DNA of 16,005 nucleotides from Gemmatimonadota bacterium (GCA_036679605.1 JAZDCZ010000169.1:1-16005), one strand, 5' to 3'. Counted from the first letter of the stretch, positions 7,201 to 14,699 are shown. The notes: generated by a model from the sequence alone, not told the origin. Program-made: numbers and translations.

Positions 7201-8876
7201 AGCGGTTGTGGAGCATCGCAACGAGCGCCGAAGGTCCGCGTGACGAACGTCTGCGCGCTTGCATGGCCCTCGCCCATCTACCGTTGTCCGAGGACGCCAA
7301 TCTTTGGCAGACGATTGGCCCTGATGTCGGCCACATGATTTTGCGCGACGTTGCGGAGAACCCACAGAACTTTGGCGTTTGGATCGAAGGTTTGACCCCC
7401 GCCCGCCAGTGGTTGGTCGGACCGCTGCGACAGTCACTGCATGACCGGGAGTTGCGGGAAGGCGAACGAACGATTGCCGCCAACATTCTGGCCCAATATC
7501 ACTCAGACGATGCTCGCCTCTTGATGGAATTGGCTTTAGACTGTGCCCCCAGACAGTTTGAAGTTTTCGCCAAGGCGATAGGGCAGCGTGGCGAGACATT
7601 TCGATTGATCCTGACACGTGAAGCGAGCACACCATTCCCCGCGGAGGCGTCCGACGAAGAAAAGGACGGATTGGCACGCCGACAGGCAAATGCGGCGCTG
7701 CTGCTGTTACGAGTTGGACACGACCAGCAGGTGTGGCGCGCCCTTGAACATCACCCCGATCCAAGGACCAGAAGTTTTCTTATCCACCACCTGGCTAAAG
7801 TGGCCGGTCGGCCCAGTGAATGGCTCGGTTCCCTGACTGCCAGAGAGGATTCAGGAATACGTCAAGCTCTGGTGCTTGTTTTGGGTAGCGCCGAGTCCCG
7901 ATCGGCAGCGTCGCACCAAGAGTTGGCCGACGAATTGCTCGACGTCTATCGCACGGATCCCGATCCCGGTGTCCACAGTGGCTCCGCATGGGCCCTTCGC
8001 CAGCTCGGATTCGACGATTTGCTCGATCAAGCGACGGCGGAACTGGCCCACTTGGGAATGCGACCAGGGTATGGCTGGTACGTCACCCAAACCAAACTGA
8101 CGATGGTAATCTTCCCCTCCCCCGGGCAAGTACAACTTGGCTCGCCAGATACGGAAACTGGGCGCGACGCAAGTGACGAAGCCCTGCGGACATGCAACGT
8201 GGATTGGTCTTTCGCAATCTCCGCCACGGAAGTTACCCAAGCCCAATTCCTTGAGCTGCGTCCGGACTACAAAGAATACCTCAACGAACATGCGCGACTG
8301 CCGACTTGCCCGGCAAACGCTGTCACGTGGTTAGACGCAATTAAGTTCTGTCGGCGGCTCAGCGAGCGCGAAGGTGTCATGGATTCGGAAATGGTCGTGC
8401 CGCCCGTTGAGAATATGACAAAGGGGCCATATCAGGATTGCCTCTCGCGCTCCGGTTTTCGTCTTCCGCTTGAGGTTGAGTGGGAAGTGGCATGTCGCGC
8501 TGGAACTGAGAGTCTGCGGTTCTACGGAAGCGCGCCCGATTTACTTTCGGACTATTGCTGTTACATTGGCAACTCCGACGGCCGCACTTGGAGCGTCGGA
8601 ACCGGTTGGCCAAATCAAGTGGGGTTGTTTGACATGTTTGGAAACGTCGCCGAATGGTGTTACGACAGGTTTCAATTGGAGCCCTCGGGTGGACGACCTG
8701 CGAGCGCCACCGGGTACTCATTATTTTCCCGTTACGCGCTGCGCGGCAACGATTATAGATCGAGCGCTGGAGTCATTCGCGCGGCCAATCGCCGGTCCGC
8801 GGCCGCGAGCCGGCTCAGTTTGTCGTATGGATTTCGTGTGGCTCACACCGTCCGGCACAGAGACATTTCCAAGTGA
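4218..8876 (+). CDS. Hanks-type Ser/Thr kinase fused to an nSTAND1-like P-loop NTPase, a TM helix, helical repeats and a C-terminal FGE-sulfatase (SUMF1-like) domain
   Basis: Kinase motifs LGRGSFGHVY, VAIK, HRDLKPANILL, DFGLA, GTLSYMAPE. Walker A GPSGCGKSS (5619-5645), Walker B LVIVIDQFE, YQLTHDSL. TM at ~6840-6896. FGE motifs TEVTQAQF, VTWLDAIKFC, FRLPLEVEWEVACRAG, GLFDMFGNVAEWC, YGFRVA. Confidence 0.93.
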   Translation: MGLRMRITPDMNYFQPLDGNLVPADATRMQLEHAVKVLREIDGVCTDFEDRLRHGGSPDIVELTSIASSDVRLKLLRELLAIEMEFRAKRGDTPSLDEYRRRFPDHSRLTKFLYFGHFIPARIGEFPIQRLLGRGSFGHVYRGWDSRLSRDVAIKVFRRDPEHPPSSTNLLLEARAAARLNHPGVVAVYSVSRDADGDEFLVLEYVEGCSLEDMLRAKSFTPNESASLLLTVVQALQHAHGHGLVHRDLKPANILLDHVQRPRVTDFGLALSLSEVRRLPAIAGTLSYMAPEQANGETHRLDARTDLWAVGVVLYRMLSGCLPFSGRSNDELLNNVRHAEPIDLLEHDPTIPLELARIVCRCLTKQMSERYQSAGELADDLNSFLPPTDGRSLDQESPGELADKSLRHEIIVVPKGLRHYDACDREFFLSLVPGPRDRHGIPQAVRFWVQRLREVEPHQTFRVGLLCGPSGCGKSSLIRAGILPSLPGNVRHIVIEATRNETELRLARELHRHFPELSFGLALTEMVGELREGSLLQPGEKLVIVIDQFEQWLHGRQNDATAELAEAFRQCDGGRMQGLVLVRDEFWMQASRFFRRLDVPLVEGFNSAPVDLFDHAHAKKVLVAFGVAHGRLEGEGSKRTPEQERFIETAIAELSEGGWIVPVRLCVFTEMVKARTWSAVTLRELGKPQDWGSAFLHEAFDGKSAAPMHRIHRKGARGVLERLLPPPGTDIRGHSVPESDLRSASGYENHSAEFATLMRCLDHDLRLITPSESEPAATVDDPDARNGEAHDCLYQLTHDSLVGAIRGWLNQFRRRTFRGRAELRLAESAADFDARPGARQLPSLREWLTFFVLTRRRRWRIAERRMMHTAGHRHIVRLGLAIVAILILSALVYDRMVSIHVDGLVQTLVTSGSRDVPDATRSLESYRHRVGPILRKRLAVSNGQGQRVRILLGMVAVGDPQSEELFTHLIDCEPPLAASITDVLRHFDRLEDLRQRLWSIATSAEGPRDERLRACMALAHLPLSEDANLWQTIGPDVGHMILRDVAENPQNFGVWIEGLTPARQWLVGPLRQSLHDRELREGERTIAANILAQYHSDDARLLMELALDCAPRQFEVFAKAIGQRGETFRLILTREASTPFPAEASDEEKDGLARRQANAALLLLRVGHDQQVWRALEHHPDPRTRSFLIHHLAKVAGRPSEWLGSLTAREDSGIRQALVLVLGSAESRSAASHQELADELLDVYRTDPDPGVHSGSAWALRQLGFDDLLDQATAELAHLGMRPGYGWYVTQTKLTMVIFPSPGQVQLGSPDTETGRDASDEALRTCNVDWSFAISATEVTQAQFLELRPDYKEYLNEHARLPTCPANAVTWLDAIKFCRRLSEREGVMDSEMVVPPVENMTKGPYQDCLSRSGFRLPLEVEWEVACRAGTESLRFYGSAPDLLSDYCCYIGNSDGRTWSVGTGWPNQVGLFDMFGNVAEWCYDRFQLEPSGGRPASATGYSLFSRYALRGNDYRSSAGVIRAANRRSAAASRLSLSYGFRVAHTVRHRDISK

Positions 8877-8916
8877 CTTTGGTTTCTCAGGTTGCACCTT
8901 AAGTTAGGAGCCCGCT

Positions 8917-9528
8917 ATGTCAACAGGATCACCACTCCCACCGAATTGGCGTGAACTCCTTCCCGTTCCCTCGGACGTCTCCGAGATCGGTAGCGCATTG
9001 GATCTTGTCCGGGCGACTCTTCCCAACCGCTACTACTATGAGAACTTGGACCTTCCAAAGATTCTGAGGAAAATGGTTCCTCGACGGAACCATAATGGTG
9101 ATTTTGTGTCCGGGATGCGGATTTTTCGGCGGGTGGATCCAAACACCAATGCGATGGATATTGCAGCCTTCTTCTTTGTGCGGCTGTACCACACCAATTC
9201 CACGGACTGGCGAGAATGCTACACCATGACCGTTGGCGTCACGGACACGGGCGTTACTGGCGCGCAACTCTACGACGCGGTCCGCGCTATTTGCCAGGTT
9301 GTGGCTGGCGAACCAGGCGGTGAGCGAATTGAGGTCGTCAATGAATTCGACTTGCCCTCTGACTTGCCCGATCTTCCGGCAACAAATATTGTTAAGGAAG
9401 CGTTCAATTTGGCCTTGCCGTCGAGTACGACTTCGGGCCCAGGGCAATTTGACATTCCGCCGGTGGACGTAAACCCACCGAGTCCGCCATGGCCCGGCCA
9501 ATTGAAGTGTTGGCTATTCAATCCTTGA
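8917..9528 (+). CDS. Hypothetical protein with a Pro/Ser/Thr-rich tail; possible degenerate GNAT-like fold
   Basis: AGGAG SD, 40 bp after the kinase stop. The fold suggestion rests only on the pattern IAAFFFVRLY...ECYTMTVGV...GAQLYDAVRAIC...RIEVV. Confidence 0.75.
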   Translation: MSTGSPLPPNWRELLPVPSDVSEIGSALDLVRATLPNRYYYENLDLPKILRKMVPRRNHNGDFVSGMRIFRRVDPNTNAMDIAAFFFVRLYHTNSTDWRECYTMTVGVTDTGVTGAQLYDAVRAICQVVAGEPGGERIEVVNEFDLPSDLPDLPATNIVKEAFNLALPSSTTSGPGQFDIPPVDVNPPSPPWPGQLKCWLFNP

Positions 9529-9543
9529 TGGAGAACTGAACGA

Positions 9544-9666
9544 ATGAAAGCGCCGCCTCCTGACACAACGCCTGACGGTCCGGTTTTGTCCGATCCACGC
9601 ACGTGGGCCCTGTTGCTCGCGGTCTTGCCGGTCGGTGCGGTAATCCTCTTTTGGATTCGCCACTAG
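9544..9666 (+). CDS. 40-aa single-pass membrane peptide (below the ORF-track cutoff)
   Basis: MKAPPPDTTPDGPVLSDPRTWALLLAVLPVGAVILFWIRH*. GGAGA SD at 9530-9534; it fills the gap between flanking genes (15 bp and 22 bp spacers). Confidence 0.7.
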   Translation: MKAPPPDTTPDGPVLSDPRTWALLLAVLPVGAVILFWIRH

Positions 9667-9688
9667 CGACCTCGATCGTGTCGAAACT

Positions 9689-10588
9689 ATGGAGACGCCG
9701 AGAATCTCTGTCGTCATCACGACTTGTGATGAGGGTGACGAGCTACATCGTACCGTCCGCTCGGTTGTTCAAAACACGCGCGGGCTTGAAGAGATCATCG
9801 TCGTTGACGACGGCTCCGAAGACGGCTCGTGCGAAGCATTGACGGGTGACCGTGTCCGAGTCATCCGTCATCAGGACCGAATTGGAGTGGCATACTCACG
9901 AGACGAAGGGTCTCGCGCCGCGCGCGGCAATGTGCTGTGTTATCTCGATGGGCATCAGCGCGTCAGTCGTGGTTGCCTGGACTGCTGCGCGCAATTGGCG
10001 CTTGAGCAAGGGGCGATCACGTGCCCGGACATTCGAGACTTCGGGGTGCTCCGATGGAAGCTTCACGGCGCACAGTTTCAAATGTGCCCGCAGCAGGGAT
10101 ACTTTTCAGCTCGTTGGCGACAATGGTTCCAGCGCCGCCGGATTTCACCCGTGACCGGCCTGCGTGCGCCGCCCTACTCGGTCCCTCGCGATGTTTACCG
10201 TCACATCGCGTGGAGTCGAGTTCTGCGAGGCTGGGGAGGATCGGAATCTTCGATCGTACTCAAGTCGTTCTTCATGGGCGTTGAGATTCTGCATGTCGGT
10301 GGGCCGCTTGCTCACCACCGCTTTCAGAAGGCACACAACTACACGACGCCAAGTGACGCGATTTGGCGCAATCAGGCGATCATTGCGCGGGTCTGCTTCG
10401 ATGACGTCACTTGGTTTAGGTACTGGCTGCCCCGCGTGTTTGATCGTCACCTAACGGACGAAGCCCGAACGACCCTCGAATCGCCAGAACTTCAAGCAGA
10501 ACATGCTGCCTTCCTGTGTGCGCGCGTTCGGACCGATCGTCAATTTTGGACGGATTTACTCCGAGAATCTCCGCCGCCGGGAATCTGA
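9689..10588 (+). CDS. GT-A fold (family 2-like) glycosyltransferase with a DxH motif
   Basis: ISVVITT, EIIVVDDGSEDGS, G...SRDEG...ARG, YLDGH, GWGGSE. Confidence 0.92.
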   Translation: METPRISVVITTCDEGDELHRTVRSVVQNTRGLEEIIVVDDGSEDGSCEALTGDRVRVIRHQDRIGVAYSRDEGSRAARGNVLCYLDGHQRVSRGCLDCCAQLALEQGAITCPDIRDFGVLRWKLHGAQFQMCPQQGYFSARWRQWFQRRRISPVTGLRAPPYSVPRDVYRHIAWSRVLRGWGGSESSIVLKSFFMGVEILHVGGPLAHHRFQKAHNYTTPSDAIWRNQAIIARVCFDDVTWFRYWLPRVFDRHLTDEARTTLESPELQAEHAAFLCARVRTDRQFWTDLLRESPPPGI

Positions 10589-10798
10589 TCGATATCGTTC
10601 GATCTAGTCGGCCGTGCATGCGTCAAAGCAACAACGACCGCAGTCCGAATTCTGTCCGTGCAGGCAGTCGCGATCCGCGGCGATCTGTCGTCTTGGCGGC
10701 CAAGCCGTCGATACGTTGATTGTACCTATGGCGGCGAGAACATCCTCCCTGATGCGGTCGTTCGGGCGTGTCGGGTTATCGGCTTTGGCAGATCGATC

Positions 10799-11011
10799 GT
10801 GGTCAGCATTAGAACAATTAGAGTTGGCACATTGGTCAAAGACCGACTACTTGGGCAAGTATGGGCAATTGCAGGGACAAACAAGGATGGCACGCTGAGC
10901 CTCGAACGAAACGGATTCAGCCAATCTGCTCACGTTTGGGACGTCGAGATTCTTGCGGAAAAGCCGCCTGCACAACTCTCCGTTAGACCGGATGGCACCC
11001 AAGCGCGTTGA
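10799..11011 (+). CDS. Small hypothetical protein, SH3/KOW-like beta pattern (GTG 10799 assumed; ORF open from 10658)
   Basis: IRVGTLVKDRLLGQVWAIAGTNKDGTLSLE...AHVWDVEIL resembles small beta-barrels; it ends 25 bp from the convergent sigma gene. Confidence 0.5.
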   Translation: MVSIRTIRVGTLVKDRLLGQVWAIAGTNKDGTLSLERNGFSQSAHVWDVEILAEKPPAQLSVRPDGTQAR

Positions 11012-11036
11012 CCCTTGAAAAAGGAGCCTGTTAGCC

Positions 11037-11603
11037 TCAATCAACGGCCTCTAGCATCCACTGAGCGCGAATCAGGTTGAGCTTTCGCTCAATCGTTCGC
11101 AGGGAATAGCCCAGTTGCGCGGCAATTTCCTCGTTTGTGTACCCTTCCATCTTGAGCACAGCGATAGACTGCAGAATACTGTCGTCGAGCCCAAAGAGTA
11201 GTTCTCGATACGCTTCGGCCGCCTGGACAGCGAAATCTGGCGTTGGATCACTTGTAGCAATCTCGTCAAGCGCAACGGCTTCGATGCTTCGGGAGTTTCT
11301 CTTCTGTCGGCCCTCGTATTGCGCTTGGTTCGCGGCCTTTCGCACCGTGATAAGAACCAGCACCGACCACAGGTCGTCTCGGTCGTTGAGATCAGGGAAA
11401 CGCCCCTGCTCGGCCCCGCGGCAGAAACTGTCGAAGGCCATCAAAACAACGTCTTCCTCATCGGCCATCCGCCGCGAGACACCGCTGAGATGACTACGAG
11501 CGAGACCGACGAGCCGTTGATAATAGCGCTCCCAAAGTGGCCGCGCGGCATCGCGGTTGCCAGCTTGAAGCTGCAGTATCCAATGCGTAACCGACCCGGA
11601 CAT
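11037..11603 (-). CDS. ECF RNA polymerase sigma factor, planctomycete Sigma70_ECF type
   Basis: SVTHWILQLQAGNRDAARPLWERYYQRLVGLAR, region 2 DEEDVV..AFDSF, LWSVLVLITVRKA, region 4 LKMEGYTNEEIAAQLGYSLRTIERKL. Confidence 0.93.
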   Translation of the reverse strand: MSGSVTHWILQLQAGNRDAARPLWERYYQRLVGLARSHLSGVSRRMADEEDVVLMAFDSFCRGAEQGRFPDLNDRDDLWSVLVLITVRKAANQAQYEGRQKRNSRSIEAVALDEIATSDPTPDFAVQAAEAYRELLFGLDDSILQSIAVLKMEGYTNEEIAAQLGYSLRTIERKLNLIRAQWMLEAVD

Positions 11604-12012
11604 GGTTGTAGCTACCGCGGGACCTCGTCGAGTTTGGATCGCACACTTGCACAGTGTTGCACGCAGTGAATGATATCACATGCGCGCGGTCGCGGTTGCT
11701 GATCGTTGATCGGGCGAGTGCATGGTCGCGCAGATGTCTGATCTATGAGATGCAGGGCGTAGGTAGGTAAACCTGGACGGCAACCCGGCGGGTTTCTGTT
11801 GCGTCTGTTGCTTGGCTCTGTGGGCTAAACGCCGGCCCCCGCGCATGACGTTGTCGGCAAGCCGTGTGACTTTCTGGCGTAGGGCCGGCGATATCGTCGC
11901 CTGCTTGGACTCGAAAAGTTCGAGCAGGCCATTTTCGCGTTTGAATCCCGCCATGTCGCCAGCACGGTTGGTGCCGAGCGACCCGCTGCAACGACTAGGA
12001 ACCCTGTCAATC

Positions 12013-12219
12013 TCACGCCCAATCAATCCGTTCAATCGCTTCCTCGAACCTCGCCCGCCGACTGTCTTGCCAATGTGCCGGTGGGGTCACGTCAAGAAAC
12101 TTGCCGCGCTGGTCCTCCTGCAGCACGGTGTCGATTCCGTAGGAGCGCAACACTTCAACCGCGGCGAGATGGGCTTTCGTATTTGGTTTGACGTAGAGCA
12201 GCACGGTCCTCGTCCTCAC
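12013..12219 (-). CDS. 68-aa hypothetical protein, probably leaderless
   Basis: The GTG at 12219 lies 9 nt after a TATAAT box. Sequence RTVLLYVKPNTKAHLAAVEVLRSYGIDTVLQED...ARFEEAIERIDWA looks globular. Confidence 0.55.
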   Translation of the reverse strand: MRTRTVLLYVKPNTKAHLAAVEVLRSYGIDTVLQEDQRGKFLDVTPPAHWQDSRRARFEEAIERIDWA

Positions 12220-12228
12220 GGCAAAACC

Positions 12229-12257
12229 ATTATAGCGAGGGGGACATTCTGGCACAA
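12229..12257 (-). promoter_or_regulatory. Sigma70-type promoter
   Basis: Minus strand TTGTGC (12257-12252)-N17-TATAAT (12234-12229) with a T-rich upstream tract. Confidence 0.6.
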
Positions 12258-12360
12258 AAAAAGCGTTTTCAGCAGAATCTGTGGGTGGTTTTCGTTAGCG
12301 AAGCGGGGGTTCTTCAGGCAAGCACGGCGTTTTTCGCGAGTTGAGGCCGCCGCTTGAAAG

Positions 12361-12468
12361 CTACGCCCGTACCGTCTCCGAATACGCTGCCGCATCCAAT
12401 GCCGAGACGAAGCCCGGCAGTAGGTAGGCCACCAGCAGGCCGAAGTTGCCTGCGGTGATTTCCCCCAC
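12361..12468 (-). pseudogene. Remnant paralog of the 2348-2581 membrane protein
   Basis: Translates (M)GEITAGNFGLLVAYLLPGFVSALDAAAYSETVRA*, versus MSDVTAGDFGLLVAYLVPGFVALLGVAAYLKTPRTW; TAG replaces the TGG codon. Confidence 0.85.
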
Positions 12469-12534
12469 AGACGGTTGGGATCGTCATCGGCTCTCCTGAC
12501 GATATTGCTGCCGCTCATGGGCTTGAGCGTAGAG

Positions 12535-12666
12535 GCGCCATGCCAATTGCGCACGATCCGTTCAGGATTGTGTCGCCCACGTCGTCTCGTCGTCATCAAA
12601 GGTCTCCTTGCCCTCAGGGCTCAAAGACCTTCATAACCGATGGATCAGAAAATCAATAGCGGGTCA
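12535..12666 (-). mobile_element. Left-end remnant of an IS3-family element
   Basis: Minus strand starts TGACCCGCTATTGATTTTCTGATCCA (5'-TG end), then an AAGGAG SD and MTTRRRGRHNPERIVRN, a degenerate OrfA start (R.RH.PEQIVRKL). The rest is missing. Confidence 0.75.
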
Positions 12667-12842
12667 CCACGGTACCCGCCTCACGATGGCGGGGACTCCG
12701 TGCTCGTCGGTTTATGCCAGAGTCCTGCTTGATCAAGCGAGTGATATGGCAGAAACAGGTGGTCATTGTGCGTAGCTTGAGTTCGTCGTCGTACGCGTCG
12801 CCGCGCACGACAATGGCTCCGAGCCCTCAAGTTCGCAACGCC
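12667..12842 (+). repeat. Direct repeat copy 2 (partner at 1959-2189)
   Basis: 115 bp identical plus a 57/60 block. Bounded exactly by the IS3 end on the left and the IS4 fragment on the right. Confidence 0.97.
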
Positions 12843-13165
12843 AGATCGCCTGGCAGCAAGGCCCCGAGGATCGAACGCAGCAGCGCAGGTTCTCCTGTTT
12901 CCTTTCCCTTATACGGTCCGATGGCCGCGTCGATCAGGCACGCGGTGGCCAAGGAAATGATCGTCGTGACACGCGCGATTGGCAGCCCCACGCCCCGCTT
13001 CTGAGTTTTCGGTTGTGGATACTCAGCCTGATTCTTTCGGGTGTCAGGCATGGTGAACGTGAAGCCGTCGATCAACTTGGCGTGCAAGCCCTTCCAGAGC
13101 CAATGCTCGTCGGCGTGCTCTTCCACGTCCGCAGCGACTGCACGCGTCAAGTCACGCAAGCCGGC
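12838..13165 (-). pseudogene. Internal fragment of an IS4-family DDE transposase
   Basis: WLWKGLHAKLIDGFTFTMPDTRKNQAEYPQP...GLPIAR...SLATA...GPYKGKETGE...PGDL. It breaks off before the second catalytic Asp (ADR) motif; both ends are absent. Confidence 0.88.
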
Positions 13166-13176
13166 GCTGTCGCTAT

Positions 13177-13272
13177 TCACTTGCGGCCCTTTCTTTTCGA
13201 TTTTGCCGGCCGCCTTCGCGCCTTCTTGTCAATCACCTTCTTCTCAGGAGGCTTACGAATCCCGTTGGTCAT
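13177..13272 (-). CDS. 31-aa highly basic peptide, or the 5' remnant of a disrupted gene
   Basis: MTNGIRKPPEKKVIDKKARRRPAKSKRKGRK* (15 K/R). GGAG SD, downstream of the 13319-13347 promoter; its TGA overlaps a following GTG. Confidence 0.5.
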   Translation of the reverse strand: MTNGIRKPPEKKVIDKKARRRPAKSKRKGRK

Positions 13273-13318
13273 GGCTAGGTCTCCAATTTCCGAACAGTGG
13301 GGGCCGACGCAGGCCGCC

Positions 13319-13347
13319 AGCGTAGCCTATAGGCTACAGACAGTCAA
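13319..13347 (-). promoter_or_regulatory. Promoter with an overlapping perfect 16-bp palindromic operator
   Basis: TTGACT (13347-13342)-N17-TACGCT (13324-13319). GTAGCCTATAGGCTAC at 13322-13337 occupies the spacer and part of the -10, 36 bp before the XRE start. Confidence 0.7.
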
Positions 13348-13373
13348 TCCGCCGGGGCCGACAATTATCCGGC

Positions 13374-13586
13374 ATGCTTGGCAAACAGCTTCAGAAGGCC
13401 CGATTGGCTGCCGGAATGACCCAGGAGGAGTTGGCCTTCGCCGCTAGGCTGGACCGGACCTACATCAGCCGCCTGGAGCACGACAAGAAATCGCCGACGC
13501 TCGATACGCTGTTCCGCATCTGTGACGCTCTTGGGATCGCTACGTCCACTCTCGTTTCGCGTGTCGAACGCGCACGAAAGCGCTAA
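13374..13586 (+). CDS. XRE/HTH_3 transcriptional regulator, controller (C) protein-like
   Basis: [49 protein letters not shown]. Confidence 0.92.
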   Translation: MLGKQLQKARLAAGMTQEELAFAARLDRTYISRLEHDKKSPTLDTLFRICDALGIATSTLVSRVERARKR

Positions 13587-13857
13587 CGCGGCTCGCATCA
13601 CGTCGCATTGCCCAAACCCTTCGGACAGGCGGTGACCTCTGCGAATCGCCCGCCACTAGCCGATGCTCCCCCCGACTCTTCATTGGTCGGTACGCGAGCA
13701 CTGCCGCTCGCGCGGCTTGGCGCTCTACTGCGCCATCACCCGGCACAGCCGAGTCCATAACGCGGGTTGTTGCGCCCTTCCCCGGTTTCGCGCTATCGTA
13801 ATCCAATCGAGGTCATGTAGACCTCGTCGGTTCCTTCCACATTTTGAGGAGATTGTG

Positions 13858-14649
13858 ATGGCTACTTCCACGCTGCTCAACCATGGCGGTGGACGCGACG
13901 TGTCGCGCGAAGTGCTCGCGACAGTTCCCGCTCCCCCACCGACCGACACATGGTTTCCAATTCCCCATCATCAGGTTTTGGATGCAGTGAGTGAGACGTT
14001 GGCGGGTGCGGGCTTTCAGATTCGGCAAACACGTCTGTCGCTTTCAGTTGGGGATGCTCGGTTCTTTGGCACGCTCGACTTGACACATCGCGTCAGCGAT
14101 GTCAACGGTGGCGTCACGCTAGCGGTCGGTATACGCAATTCCACCGACAAGTCGTTTCCGATCGGATTCTGCTGCGGGACCCGAGTGTTCGTCTGCGACA
14201 ACCTTGCCTTCACCAGTGAAATCGTTGTCTCGAAAAAGCACACTCGCTTTGGTCGGGAGCGATATCTCGAAGGCATTAGCTGCGCCGTCGCCGGCTTGCA
14301 TCAGTACCAAGAAGCGGCTAGCCATTGGATCGATCGGCTGCGGCACTGGGACTTGAGCGAGGATGCGGCCAATTCGTATCTGCTTCAAGCGTACGAGCAG
14401 AACGTGATTGGCGCGAGACTCTTGCCGCAGGTCATCAAAGAATGGCGTCAGCCGAAGTTCGACGAGTACCGGCCACGTACCGCCTGGTCGCTCTGGAACT
14501 GCTTTACCGACGTGCTCAGTCGCACGCGGCAGGCCTCCCATCCAGCGCAAGCCGCGCTTACGACGATCCGCTTGCAGCGATTGCTCAGCCCGCCTGATCC
14601 TATTGATGTTCCCTTCACGCCGGCGAGCGAGGAGGCCGACGTGACGTGA
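13858..14649 (+). CDS. DUF932 family phage/plasmid-like protein (263 aa)
   Basis: TWFPIPH, RFFG, VGIRNSTDKS, GTRVFVCDNLAF, KKHT, TAWSLWNCFT. ATG 13858 has a GAGGAG SD and is preferred over 13663. Confidence 0.85.
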   Translation: MATSTLLNHGGGRDVSREVLATVPAPPPTDTWFPIPHHQVLDAVSETLAGAGFQIRQTRLSLSVGDARFFGTLDLTHRVSDVNGGVTLAVGIRNSTDKSFPIGFCCGTRVFVCDNLAFTSEIVVSKKHTRFGRERYLEGISCAVAGLHQYQEAASHWIDRLRHWDLSEDAANSYLLQAYEQNVIGARLLPQVIKEWRQPKFDEYRPRTAWSLWNCFTDVLSRTRQASHPAQAALTTIRLQRLLSPPDPIDVPFTPASEEADVT

Positions 14650-14699
14650 CAATCAGTTAAAATCGCGTCACGCTGTGGAGGTAAAGGAGGTGGTAATGG

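Noticed and set aside
8929..9501. 190-aa minus-strand ORF
   Set aside because: Antisense to 8917-9528, which has an SD and fits the operon.
11676..12357. ORFs 11676-12035 minus and 11812-12357 plus
   Set aside because: No recognisable motifs or SD; they overlap the better-supported 12013-12219 gene.
13663..13857. N-terminal extension of the DUF932 ORF
   Set aside because: Contains promoter-like and SD elements; domain similarity begins at ATG 13858.
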